A stretch of DNA of 64,000 bases, from NCBI GenBank assembly GCA_049610985.1, contig JBMZAB010000005.1, positions 12,587-76,586 on the forward strand, in the 5' to 3' direction. The stretch comes from Flavobacteriales bacterium (GTDB lineage Bacteria > Bacteroidota > Bacteroidia > Flavobacteriales_D > Sanyastnellaceae). A model generated the notes under the pieces. That model saw only the letters and a list, made by a program, of their open reading frames with translations, was not told the DNA's origin and did no database searches. Both the position numbers and the translations under genes were made by a program. This document shows positions 18,131 through 27,044 of this stretch, piece by piece (the stretch's first letter is position 1; each line of letters starts with the position of its first letter).

Positions 18131-20071
18131 TCAAAAAGTCAATTTCAATTCCACCATGGTTTCCGATCCTGCCAAGGCATTGAGTGAAAAATTAGGATCT
18201 CGGAAGGTATACCACTGATGCCGCACGTAAAGGTTGACGCCGTCACTCAGGGATAGATCCATCCCTGCTCCGAGCCTGCTCTGCGTTTGGTTGCGGGCAG
18301 AAGTCATGACTTCATGACGGCCACCACTGAGCCAACTCGTCCATGGATTGGCCACACTCGGAACGTCCGCATCCCCTGCCGCTGTCTCTCCGTTGCCCAC
18401 CACACGTTCGAACCCGAGGTGAATCAACCCCACACAACGCGGACTGAATTCCACACCCAAATCCAGTTGGCTGCTTTGCTGACGGAGCAACGACGCCGTG
18501 GGCCCATCAAATCCATCCCACCAACCGCGCTGAGCCGTGTTCATGCGATGAAGCCATGTCGCCATCCAGTCACGGCCTTTAAAGGTTCCTTTTCTTTTGA
18601 CTTGGACTTCCAAGGTGTTGAATCGCTTTTTGAATGCGGTGGCCTCGGTCGCGAGCGAATCAGACAATGACACCACTTCGAAAGTCCGGCGATACACGCT
18701 GTTTAGCGCATTGTAAGGCCCCCACGATTGGGAGAACAAGTTCAACCTGGACAGCGTCTCGCCGTTGACAATGTGGAAATACGAAACCCCACCAGACGTC
18801 GGCGTCAACTCCGAGGCCAGACCCATGCCCGTGTTGATTTGCCATGCTCCCACTGCCCCTTGCATTTGCACTTCCAAGCCTTGCCTGTTGTTCACCGGAG
18901 TGCCCAGCTGCACCATGGGCGATTCAAAAGGCGCGCGAACCGTGGCTCCTATCCCAGCCACATTGGGAAACACTTCCAGGACAGATGAATTCAAAAAATT
19001 TCCTGTGACGTTCACGAATTCCGGGGCAATTCTGTACGCCCGCAGCGACAATGGCACCTTGGCCTGGGATGTCGGGCGGATGTCCAGGAACACAGCCTCG
19101 CCTTGCTGCCATTCCATGTCCATGTCTTCTCTGTACTTTCCCCAACCACCTTCAAGCAAGACCACATGCTCCTTCCAAACCGCCTTTGTCTCTAGGGTGT
19201 GAAGGTGGTACACCCTGGCGTCCCCGTTCAACGTGTCGATGACGGCCTGAGACGTGAGGGTGTTGTACGCCAGGTTCATCTTCGACCCCAAAGACTTGGA
19301 CACGCGCCAACTTGACGCGAAGTTGGGCACACCGGATGCGATTGCACGGTTGAAGTTGCTCTTCCCCAAAACGCCTTTGACCTCAAGTTGACCAGGCAGG
19401 TCCTTCATCCCTAAAAAAATGCCTTGAAACGCACGGCTGCCGTAACGCAAACCCATGTCCACCAGGCCTTGCTCCACGTAACGGTTGTAACGCGCCCACG
19501 GCCTCCGTTCCACGGAGGTTTGCGGCCTTCGGTCGAACAAGCTCAGCCGGTTGAACGATTGGTTACCCCACACCGTCAATCGACTCTGACGGTACCACGT
19601 GACGCCCCCGGTTCGAAGCGTCACCTTGCCCCAGTTTCTTCGGATGTTCATTGAGGTGTTCAACCCGAGGTCCAACGTCAATGCGGAAGGGTCCACCTCT
19701 GGCCCTTTGAACAGCGAATTGCCCATGAAATCCACCCCAATCCTCACCCCTTCTTTCGTGGTGATCTTCAGGCGGGTCAAAAACATGGGCTCTCGATAGA
19801 GGTCGCCCACCAAAACCGCCATGGTCTTTCCGGAATTCCCTGGAAACACTTCATTTTGGTTTCTCACATACCCCAACACGCGACAGAACCCTGACGCCGA
19901 CACCCCATGCGCAGGCTGCCGAATGGACGGAGCGGAACTGCTCGTCCAACTTTGTGAATCCAACCCTTGGGCCAACATGGGGGCTGGCAAAAACAAGAGG
20001 GCAGTCCACAACGCGACCCTCAACGGGAGGCCTTCAAAATGAAAACAAGGATGGCGCAGGAGAGGAGACAC
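18131..20071 (-). CDS. predicted outer-membrane beta-barrel protein (unknown family)
   Basis: GTG start. Signal ...LRVALWTALLFLPAPMLAQG. 646 aa ending ...ETMVELKLTF, the terminal aromatic typical of BAM substrates. Confidence 0.6.
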   Translation of the reverse strand: MSPLLRHPCFHFEGLPLRVALWTALLFLPAPMLAQGLDSQSWTSSSAPSIRQPAHGVSASGFCRVLGYVRNQNEVFPGNSGKTMAVLVGDLYREPMFLTRLKITTKEGVRIGVDFMGNSLFKGPEVDPSALTLDLGLNTSMNIRRNWGKVTLRTGGVTWYRQSRLTVWGNQSFNRLSLFDRRPQTSVERRPWARYNRYVEQGLVDMGLRYGSRAFQGIFLGMKDLPGQLEVKGVLGKSNFNRAIASGVPNFASSWRVSKSLGSKMNLAYNTLTSQAVIDTLNGDARVYHLHTLETKAVWKEHVVLLEGGWGKYREDMDMEWQQGEAVFLDIRPTSQAKVPLSLRAYRIAPEFVNVTGNFLNSSVLEVFPNVAGIGATVRAPFESPMVQLGTPVNNRQGLEVQMQGAVGAWQINTGMGLASELTPTSGGVSYFHIVNGETLSRLNLFSQSWGPYNALNSVYRRTFEVVSLSDSLATEATAFKKRFNTLEVQVKRKGTFKGRDWMATWLHRMNTAQRGWWDGFDGPTASLLRQQSSQLDLGVEFSPRCVGLIHLGFERVVGNGETAAGDADVPSVANPWTSWLSGGRHEVMTSARNQTQSRLGAGMDLSLSDGVNLYVRHQWYTFRDPNFSLNALAGSETMVELKLTF

Positions 20072-20127
20072 GGCTCAACTTACTCCATATTGTTGAACGA
20101 CTGCGGCATGGGCCCGTCAAGAATGCG

Positions 20128-21153
20128 TCAATTCTGAGGTGCGAGGGGTACGGAATCTCGAACACACCGGAATCCGACATGGCTAGCGCCCGTGTCTTCT
20201 GCCACAGGCATTCGCGCAGTCACCCTGTAACTGGAGCAGTATCCAGGATGGCAGAGGAAAGAACCACCCCTCATGACGCGTTTGGGGACATGGTCTTCCA
20301 TGGGGTCAAACGAAACTCCCGGCCCCCTTGGATTCAAAACAACCTGACCGGAACGACTTGCATAAGTGTAAGGGTCGTACCGATCGCTGCACAATTCCCA
20401 CACGTTGCCTCCCAAGTCGTGGATTCCGAGGCTGTTTGCTGGGTACGACATGACTGGAGCCGTCTTGACGTGGCCATCCAATTTGGCGTTGGAGACTGGA
20501 AATTGCCCTTCCCAGATGTTGCATTTCACCTCACCCTGCCCTGGAGCTTCGTTGCCCCAAGGAAACCTGACTTGTTCCCCACGAGCGGTGGCTGCAAACT
20601 CCCACTCCGCTTCGGTGGGCAAGCGCGCCCCCCTCCATGTCGCATAAGCCACGGCGTCCTCCAACGCGATGTGCACCACAGGATGATCCAACACCTCTTG
20701 ATACGTTGAACCTGGGCCTTCAGGGCATTTCCAGCTGGCCGACTCTGTCCACTTCCACCACTGCCCAGGGTCCCTCAGACTGAAAATCGCCTCAGGAGAA
20801 AAGAACGTCATGGAACCAGGGTCGTGGGAACCTTGCGGGGTGTCAACTGGTCGCTCGGCCACGGTCACGTACCCCGTGCTTTCCACAAATTCTGCGAACT
20901 GGGCGTTGGTCACCTCATGACGGTCCATGTGAAAGCCATCAACCCTCACAAGGTGTCTTGGCTGTTCACGAGGCAACGCATCCGAATCCCCTGAATGCGC
21001 CCCCATTTGGAATGCTCCCCCTTCCACCCAAACCATGGACGCATGACCTGCTGCAGGCTGGGGAGATGCCAGCTTCTTCTCATGATTCTTCGCAGCTGGC
21101 TGACATCCCAAAACAACGACCAGCCCAAGAATGCTCCTCCAAGATGTATTCAT
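20128..21153 (-). CDS. formylglycine-generating enzyme (SUMF1/FGE family)
   Basis: MVWVEGGAFQMGA..., ...VTNAQFAEFV..., ...GGNVWELCSDRY... and ...RVMRGGSFLCHPGYCSSYRVTAR are canonical FGE-sulfatase domain blocks. The start overlaps the upstream stop by 1 nt (TGATG). Confidence 0.9.
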   Translation of the reverse strand: MNTSWRSILGLVVVLGCQPAAKNHEKKLASPQPAAGHASMVWVEGGAFQMGAHSGDSDALPREQPRHLVRVDGFHMDRHEVTNAQFAEFVESTGYVTVAERPVDTPQGSHDPGSMTFFSPEAIFSLRDPGQWWKWTESASWKCPEGPGSTYQEVLDHPVVHIALEDAVAYATWRGARLPTEAEWEFAATARGEQVRFPWGNEAPGQGEVKCNIWEGQFPVSNAKLDGHVKTAPVMSYPANSLGIHDLGGNVWELCSDRYDPYTYASRSGQVVLNPRGPGVSFDPMEDHVPKRVMRGGSFLCHPGYCSSYRVTARMPVAEDTGASHVGFRCVRDSVPLAPQN

Positions 21154-22565
21154 CAGTGCGTGGATTCAAAAGAGCGAAACGGGTCGTTTTTCCAGGTGAT
21201 CCCATCTTGCCACCGAGGCGCTTTCACTTGCTTCAGATAATCGAGCAAGTCCGACTCCATGTCGTGGGCAAGCTCCGGCAACTTGAGCGCGAGGTTTGTC
21301 GTCTCTTCCAAGTCCTTCTCCAAGTCAAACAACCGCACCTCGCCGTTGTCGTGGAACTTCAGCAGTTTGTAATGGCCAGAGATCCAAGCCGAGTGTGCAC
21401 GGTTGAGGGCGATTCGGTTTTGGTATGGCACATGAAAGGCCATGCCCCCATTCGGCCGCACCACATCCTTGGCTTGCACTCCTCGCAGCACGTGGACAAA
21501 ACTACCCCCATCCAAGCTGTCAGGCGCCTCACTCCACCCTCCCGCCAATTCAGCCACGGTGGGCAAGAGGTCCGCTCCCCAGACACAGGCTGACGTCGCC
21601 ACGTTCGCAGCAACACCAGGACCTGACACCACAAACGGCACCCTGAGCCCACCTTCCATGGCGTCCCATTTCCCCCTGCTCAAGGGCTCATTGAGGCTCT
21701 TCTCATAATGCTTGGCCCCAGGAATGTTTGGGACACCCCCGTTGTCGGACAGATAGATCATGTAGGTGTTGTCGTCCAACCCCAATTCATGAACCTTCGC
21801 CAAGAGTAGGCCTAGACTCGCATCCAAGTCCATGGTCATGCCGGCCATTCCTTGGTGACGGTGTCGCCGGCCGGGCTCCGTCCTTCCCACCTTGCCTAAA
21901 GAAGCTGGTGTTGTTTCAATGTTGGTGTGCACCGCATAATGGGAAATCTGTAGGAAAAACGGACGGGCCAAGGCATGACAAGAGTCCACGAATCTCATTG
22001 CACGGTCTGTCAACTCAAAGACACGCTTGGGGTCAGAAACCACCTCGGTCTCCCATTGACTTCTGTCGTTGACGAACCCGCCATCCACATTTTTCGTCGG
22101 TCCGTCGCTGACGTCGTACCCCACCTCCTCAGGGGTGCCACCCATGCCCCATTTTCCAAAATGTGCGGTCTGGTACGTTGAGTCGATGGTCTGAAGGGCC
22201 TTGGGCAAACTCACCCAGTCCCCGTGAGGAATGTGAGAGGTGTTCATCCCCACCCGAATCAACTGGATTCGGGCTGGAGATTTCCCGAATTGAATGCTGT
22301 AACGCGACGGGGCACACACGGGTGCCGACGCCCTCGCGTTGGAGAACCTCATCCCGCTTTGGGCCAACGAATCCAGCCACGGCGTCTGGTGAAAGTCACT
22401 TGCCGATTCTGGCAGCCCAGGAACCATTTCCACCGACGTCCCATTCCACGCCTGGTCGTCCACCAGCACGACGACAAAGTTTGGCGGGGCCTTCTGACAC
22501 GTGCGCTCATCCGAGGCACACGAGGCACAAAAAACCAAGCACAACATCCACACGTGCATCCTCAT
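21153..22565 (-). CDS. sulfatase (Cys-type, arylsulfatase A-like)
   Basis: Signal MRMHVWMLCLVFCASC, then NFVVVLVDDQ... and the C-x-P-x-R signature in APVCAPSRYSIQFG. Confidence 0.9.
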   Translation of the reverse strand: MRMHVWMLCLVFCASCASDERTCQKAPPNFVVVLVDDQAWNGTSVEMVPGLPESASDFHQTPWLDSLAQSGMRFSNARASAPVCAPSRYSIQFGKSPARIQLIRVGMNTSHIPHGDWVSLPKALQTIDSTYQTAHFGKWGMGGTPEEVGYDVSDGPTKNVDGGFVNDRSQWETEVVSDPKRVFELTDRAMRFVDSCHALARPFFLQISHYAVHTNIETTPASLGKVGRTEPGRRHRHQGMAGMTMDLDASLGLLLAKVHELGLDDNTYMIYLSDNGGVPNIPGAKHYEKSLNEPLSRGKWDAMEGGLRVPFVVSGPGVAANVATSACVWGADLLPTVAELAGGWSEAPDSLDGGSFVHVLRGVQAKDVVRPNGGMAFHVPYQNRIALNRAHSAWISGHYKLLKFHDNGEVRLFDLEKDLEETTNLALKLPELAHDMESDLLDYLKQVKAPRWQDGITWKNDPFRSFESTH

Positions 22566-24082
22566 GGCTCTGACGACTCCAGTGATGGGCGTTTCAGAAC
22601 CGGCGCCACGCGGGGCAAGGGCCTTGCCAAGGGGTTCACCAGGCCCACACCCGCCGGCACCACCTTGTGGGAAGAATCCATTTGAACCAACACCTGTTGA
22701 AGAGAGTCCAGAATCGGGCCCATGTCCAGTTGACCCGCCAAGTTGTCCAACTCAGAGGGATCTGCCTGATGGTCGTACAACTCCCATCCCAGCTCGCCTT
22801 CGTTTCCCCATCGAGTGATGCGGTGACGCGCTGTGCGAAGAGAGGATCCCTTCCTCCACTCCGTGTACGCACCCGGTGAAACTTGGTCTTCTGTCTCGCG
22901 GGGCTGCAGCACATTTCTGCCCGGAAGTTGTGCAGGAGGAACCAACCCAGCCCATGCGGCGACCGTGGGATAAAGGTCCACCAGTTCCACAGGTGCGAAT
23001 TCCGCGGCATGAGAATTCAATTCGTCTGGGTTTCTGAGGATGAAGGGCACCCTCGTTGCCTCTTCAAACAACGTTTGCTTCTGCCAATGGCCATGTTCTC
23101 CGAGGTGATAGCCATGGTCGCTCAAAAACACGACCAGCGTGTTGTCGTCAAGTCCCGTCTCTTTCAGCGCCCCGAGCACCCTGCCCACCTGTGCGTCCAC
23201 AAAGGACACGGACGCGCGATACGCCTGAATCACCATCTGCGCAGTGTCATGCGCCAAGTCCACTTGGACTCGGTTGCCCCGAATGGAGCGCTTGGACGGG
23301 GTGGGCAACGCCGACAAGGTTGAATCGGCGTAATCGGGAACCACCATGTCCCCCTTGGGATGCATGTCAAAAAAGGAAGAAGGCGCGACAAATGGCGTGT
23401 GGGGCCTGAAGAATCCCGCCGCCAAAAAGAAGGGTTGCTCGGTTTGCGCATGCGCACGGAGCTTCTCAATGGTCAACGAAGCCACCATCCCGTCGGTGTG
23501 CTCTTCCTCGTCTCCTTCGGAACTCAACCAACTCAAAGTCCCACCGAACTTTCCTTCGACCAGAGAGTGAATCAAGTGCTCCTCGCGCTTGTCTCGTCCT
23601 GATGGGTTGTACGTTTCATCCCACGACGGATTGTCGTCTTGGCCCGACGTGCCGATTTCTCCAGGGTTGTCGTAATGGAAAAGCTTGCCCACCCGGGTCA
23701 CGTGGTAACCGTGCTGCCGGAACAATTGAGGCAGGGTCACCACCTCGGGCATGGCGTCCCGAAGCATGACGCGATTCTCTCGAACGCCAGACTGAGAAGG
23801 GTAAAGTCCAGTCAGAAAACTTGTGCGAGACGGACCACAGAGCGGGTATTGACAATGGGCTTGGTCGAAGCGGATCCCTTCAGAGGCAAGCGCGTCGATA
23901 TTTGGGGTCGATGCCAAGGAATCTCCATAACATCCCAGCATGCAGTTCAAATCGTCCGCAACCAACAGCAGGACATTCCGTGTGGCATGGAGATGCTCCT
24001 TCTCACTGGGAGCGCATGAAACCATGAATCCCAACGCCACGACCGACAGCAACCTCCACGCCGATTGAGGAGCAAACCTCAC
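22562..24082 (-). CDS. sulfatase (Cys-type, iduronate-2-sulfatase-like)
   Basis: NVLLLVADDLN... and YPLCGPSRTSFLTG. The GTG at 24082 gives the lipoprotein-like signal VRFAPQSAWRLLSVVALGFMVSC, 10 nt after the upstream stop. The track start (24187; ATG at 24184) would overlap the upstream gene by about 90 nt. Confidence 0.85.
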   Translation of the reverse strand: MRFAPQSAWRLLSVVALGFMVSCAPSEKEHLHATRNVLLLVADDLNCMLGCYGDSLASTPNIDALASEGIRFDQAHCQYPLCGPSRTSFLTGLYPSQSGVRENRVMLRDAMPEVVTLPQLFRQHGYHVTRVGKLFHYDNPGEIGTSGQDDNPSWDETYNPSGRDKREEHLIHSLVEGKFGGTLSWLSSEGDEEEHTDGMVASLTIEKLRAHAQTEQPFFLAAGFFRPHTPFVAPSSFFDMHPKGDMVVPDYADSTLSALPTPSKRSIRGNRVQVDLAHDTAQMVIQAYRASVSFVDAQVGRVLGALKETGLDDNTLVVFLSDHGYHLGEHGHWQKQTLFEEATRVPFILRNPDELNSHAAEFAPVELVDLYPTVAAWAGLVPPAQLPGRNVLQPRETEDQVSPGAYTEWRKGSSLRTARHRITRWGNEGELGWELYDHQADPSELDNLAGQLDMGPILDSLQQVLVQMDSSHKVVPAGVGLVNPLARPLPRVAPVLKRPSLESSEP

Positions 24083-24092
24083 AATGCCTGGC

Positions 24093-25046
24093 TCAAGGAC
24101 GATGAACGATGAAGCGATGGACTTGGGTAATTCCTCCCAGGTGCGTCTCCAACAAATACGTGCCTGGCAACCATCCAGAAACATCAATGGCCGTGGAGGT
24201 CGACTGAGAATGTTCAGTCAAGCACACCTTGCCCTGGGCATCCAACACCCGAAATCGGCCAAGGGCTAGGCTGGACGTCACCCACAATTCCATGGATGCA
24301 GGGTTGGGCGCCATGCCGATGGACAAGGAGGACTGAGCGTCTTGCACGTCGTCCACTTCCCCGGCGCAAAGGCAATCGGCTGTGATCATGTCGTTGATTG
24401 TGTCGTCGTTTCCGTCATCGCACGAATCCCCCACCAAGACACACATGCCGTTGTCCACTTCTGCATAGGGCGCGTAGTTGCACGCCTCCGCATTGGTGCA
24501 ACCCACAGAATTGTAAACCACCATTTGTTTCCAGTAGATGGTGTCTCCATTTGCAACTCCCCATGGACCGCGCCAACCAAAGCGCCCCACTGTCCCTTCA
24601 AACGTGCCACTCCCACTGTTGGGGGGGCTTGTCAAATCCAAGGTGTACGTCTGGAATCCCTCCATCTCTGTGTCCACAGGAACATTCCAATGACACATGA
24701 ACGCGTTGGTTTCTGGTGCGTAGGCGAACAGACGCGCGTTGGGGTTGCCCGACGTGGTGGGGTTTCTCAACGTGATTTGAACGCGGTCGTACATGCCGGC
24801 GTCGATGCCCAAGCTTTCATTGACTGTGCCACTGCGCATGACCGGGGTCGTGTTGAATGCCCGCATGGCCATGGCCTCGGGCTGCTCAATGAGGTTGCAA
24901 CCGAGGTTGGACTCACTGGCGGGAACCCACCCTTCCTTGGAGTCTTGCCAATCGTAGACAATCTGCGCCGTGGCGCACGTCGGGGCAATCACAAACGACA
25001 ACAACAAACAGACGATGCAGGAGGAAATGCGCAAGGAGGTGGTCAT
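24093..25046 (-). CDS. T9SS C-terminal-sorting-domain protein with unknown N-terminal domain and one ACNY module
   Basis: Signal MTTSLRISSCIVCLLLSFVIAPTCATAQ and module GCTNAEACNYAPYAEVDNGMC. The last about 75 aa (24096-24320: ...MAPNPASMELWV...LDAQGKV...GTYLLE...) match the Por_Secre_tail pattern. Confidence 0.75.
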   Translation of the reverse strand: MTTSLRISSCIVCLLLSFVIAPTCATAQIVYDWQDSKEGWVPASESNLGCNLIEQPEAMAMRAFNTTPVMRSGTVNESLGIDAGMYDRVQITLRNPTTSGNPNARLFAYAPETNAFMCHWNVPVDTEMEGFQTYTLDLTSPPNSGSGTFEGTVGRFGWRGPWGVANGDTIYWKQMVVYNSVGCTNAEACNYAPYAEVDNGMCVLVGDSCDDGNDDTINDMITADCLCAGEVDDVQDAQSSLSIGMAPNPASMELWVTSSLALGRFRVLDAQGKVCLTEHSQSTSTAIDVSGWLPGTYLLETHLGGITQVHRFIVHRP

Positions 25047-25098
25047 AACTCTTTCAATGGATTGATTCACAGGCAACGTCCCAAGGTACATTAGAAGC

Positions 25099-26943
25099 AT
25101 GAGTCTTCTCCGCACTCCAAGTGCAACCTGCTGCTCCATGTTGTTGAGGCTTGGCGCCTTTTGGGTTGGCATGGTTGGATGCATCCTCTCCTGCCACGCC
25201 CAGCAAACCTACCACGTGTCGCCCACAGGCGACGATGCGCTCTCGGGATTGTCTCCAACGAATGCCTGGCAATCCTTGGACGCGCTGAATGCGCAAACGT
25301 TCTTGCCAGGCGACAGCATCTTGTTTGAGCGGGGCGGAATTTGGCATGGCATGCTGCACCTTAAAGGGTCGGGGGCTGAAGGAGCGGCACTCGTCGTTGG
25401 AGCCTATGGAGACAACTCCCAGCCCAGGCCCATTCTGGACGGGGACGGATACCAAGCGTCCCTTTTGATTTACAACGACAGCCACATTGTTGTCCAAGAC
25501 ATGGTTTTCACCAACCAAACATCCCATCTTGATGACAATGGTGAGGTGAAGAAATTGCCCACGTTTTTGGGCGAAACCAACGATTGGGGGTCGGGCAAGA
25601 ACGTGCGATTTGGCATCAAGGTCGTTGCCGACGCGGCCACTGTGAAGGACCTTGTGTTCCGAGATGTCAAGCTTCACGACATCTACCCCACCCCAACCAA
25701 CCCAGACAACGCTCACTTGGGTTACGGCATCAAGCTTGAAAGTCGATCCGACACTTTGAACGGGCAAATTCACACCATCGACGACGTGTTGGTGACCGGC
25801 GTTGAATTCACACGGACTGGGCATTATGGCATGTGGATCAAACCGCTTGGCCTCGCGGGGAACAACAGCATCAAGCACGAAAACATCCACATCACCGGGT
25901 GCACCTTCACGCACACAGGTGGCTCAGGGTTCGTGCCCAACCGATCGAGACATGTGGTCGTGGAACACTGCCTGTTCAACCACGCAGGCTCGAGCATCGA
26001 CGATCGCATGTGGGCGCGTGGAAGCGGCACATGGCCCTTCAAATGTGAGCGGGTCGTCATCCAACACAACCGCTTGATGAATGCCCACGGACCCCAAGAC
26101 TCGTACAGTGCGCACATCGACTACGGCTGCAAAGACGTTGTCATTCAATACAACCTGAGCTTCAACAACGAGGGCGGGTTCGCCGAGATTTTGGGGGACA
26201 ACATCAATTGTGGATACAGGTACAACATCAGTGTCAACGACGGACACCGGGAGGACCCAGACGGACAACCTTGGAACAAGAAGGGCAAAATCTTCTGGCT
26301 TTCGACGTTTTGCGGGAACAACCAAGTTCGATGCCCCAGCCAGGGCTCCTTCTTCTACAACAACACGGTGTACGTCGACGAGTCCATCAATCCTGAAATC
26401 TACGTATGGCCAGATGCGGGCGATGTGCTGATTTGCAACAACCTGGTGTCCATGGCTGCGGGTGGCGAGGTCCTTCCGACTTTGCTTGAAGACGAAGGCA
26501 ATGTGTTCAACGTGAACCACAATCTATTTCACCCTCCAGCGCGCATCGACCTTGACAACGACCTCCTGACGAACGCCTCGTTTCTGTCGCCCCAGTTCTT
26601 GGCCACAAGCGACGCCCCCGTCCAGTCAGAACTGAACTACCAACCGTCTCCTGCCAGCCCCACCTTGGGCAACGGCGCGTTGATTTCCGGAAGTGATGAC
26701 CCTTGGGACTTTCGCCACAACAATGGAGGTCAAGATTTTTTTGGCCTGCCCGTCCCCGACACTACTGCCCCGACCATCGGTGCCTTGCAACGCAGCTTGT
26801 GCGCCGAAAGTACCTTTTGGAATGCCAACACGAATCAGTGTGAGCCTCACCCTGAACCATGTCCGGAGGATTTGGATGGAGATGGCACGGTCAGTGTGTT
26901 CGACCTGCTGATGCTACTGACCGCCCTGCCCACAACATGCTGA
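25099..26943 (+). CDS. right-handed parallel beta-helix protein (possible polysaccharide lyase/hydrolase) with dockerin-like C-terminal tail
   Basis: N-terminus ...QQTYHVSPTGDDALSGLSPTNAWQSLDALNAQTFLPGDSILFERGGIWHG is typical of beta-helix carbohydrate-active proteins, with repeated ...N..V... coils. The tail is CAESTFWNANTNQCEPHPEPCPEDLDGDGTVSVFDLLMLLTALPTTC. Confidence 0.8.
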   Translation: MSLLRTPSATCCSMLLRLGAFWVGMVGCILSCHAQQTYHVSPTGDDALSGLSPTNAWQSLDALNAQTFLPGDSILFERGGIWHGMLHLKGSGAEGAALVVGAYGDNSQPRPILDGDGYQASLLIYNDSHIVVQDMVFTNQTSHLDDNGEVKKLPTFLGETNDWGSGKNVRFGIKVVADAATVKDLVFRDVKLHDIYPTPTNPDNAHLGYGIKLESRSDTLNGQIHTIDDVLVTGVEFTRTGHYGMWIKPLGLAGNNSIKHENIHITGCTFTHTGGSGFVPNRSRHVVVEHCLFNHAGSSIDDRMWARGSGTWPFKCERVVIQHNRLMNAHGPQDSYSAHIDYGCKDVVIQYNLSFNNEGGFAEILGDNINCGYRYNISVNDGHREDPDGQPWNKKGKIFWLSTFCGNNQVRCPSQGSFFYNNTVYVDESINPEIYVWPDAGDVLICNNLVSMAAGGEVLPTLLEDEGNVFNVNHNLFHPPARIDLDNDLLTNASFLSPQFLATSDAPVQSELNYQPSPASPTLGNGALISGSDDPWDFRHNNGGQDFFGLPVPDTTAPTIGALQRSLCAESTFWNANTNQCEPHPEPCPEDLDGDGTVSVFDLLMLLTALPTTC

Positions 26944-26950
26944 ATGCGAA

Positions 26951-27044
26951 AACGGGCCGCCCGAAGGCGACCCGTTGACGTCCTAGGGTTTGTTGGGCAG
27001 AGCTGTCAACATGGTTGGCCAAAAGCCGCCAAGAATTGCAACAA
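26951..27044. repeat. 94-nt perfect direct repeat, copy B
   Basis: Identical to 9989-10082. It begins 8 nt after the stop of the 25099-26943 gene. Confidence 0.9.

Noticed and set aside
9989-27044. Interpretation of the 94-nt direct repeats as att sites of an integrative element
   Set aside because: There is no integrase, recombinase, transposase or tRNA inside or next to the bracketed block. The repeat is itself a gene 3' end plus terminator. It is kept as a finding only as a recombination substrate or scar.
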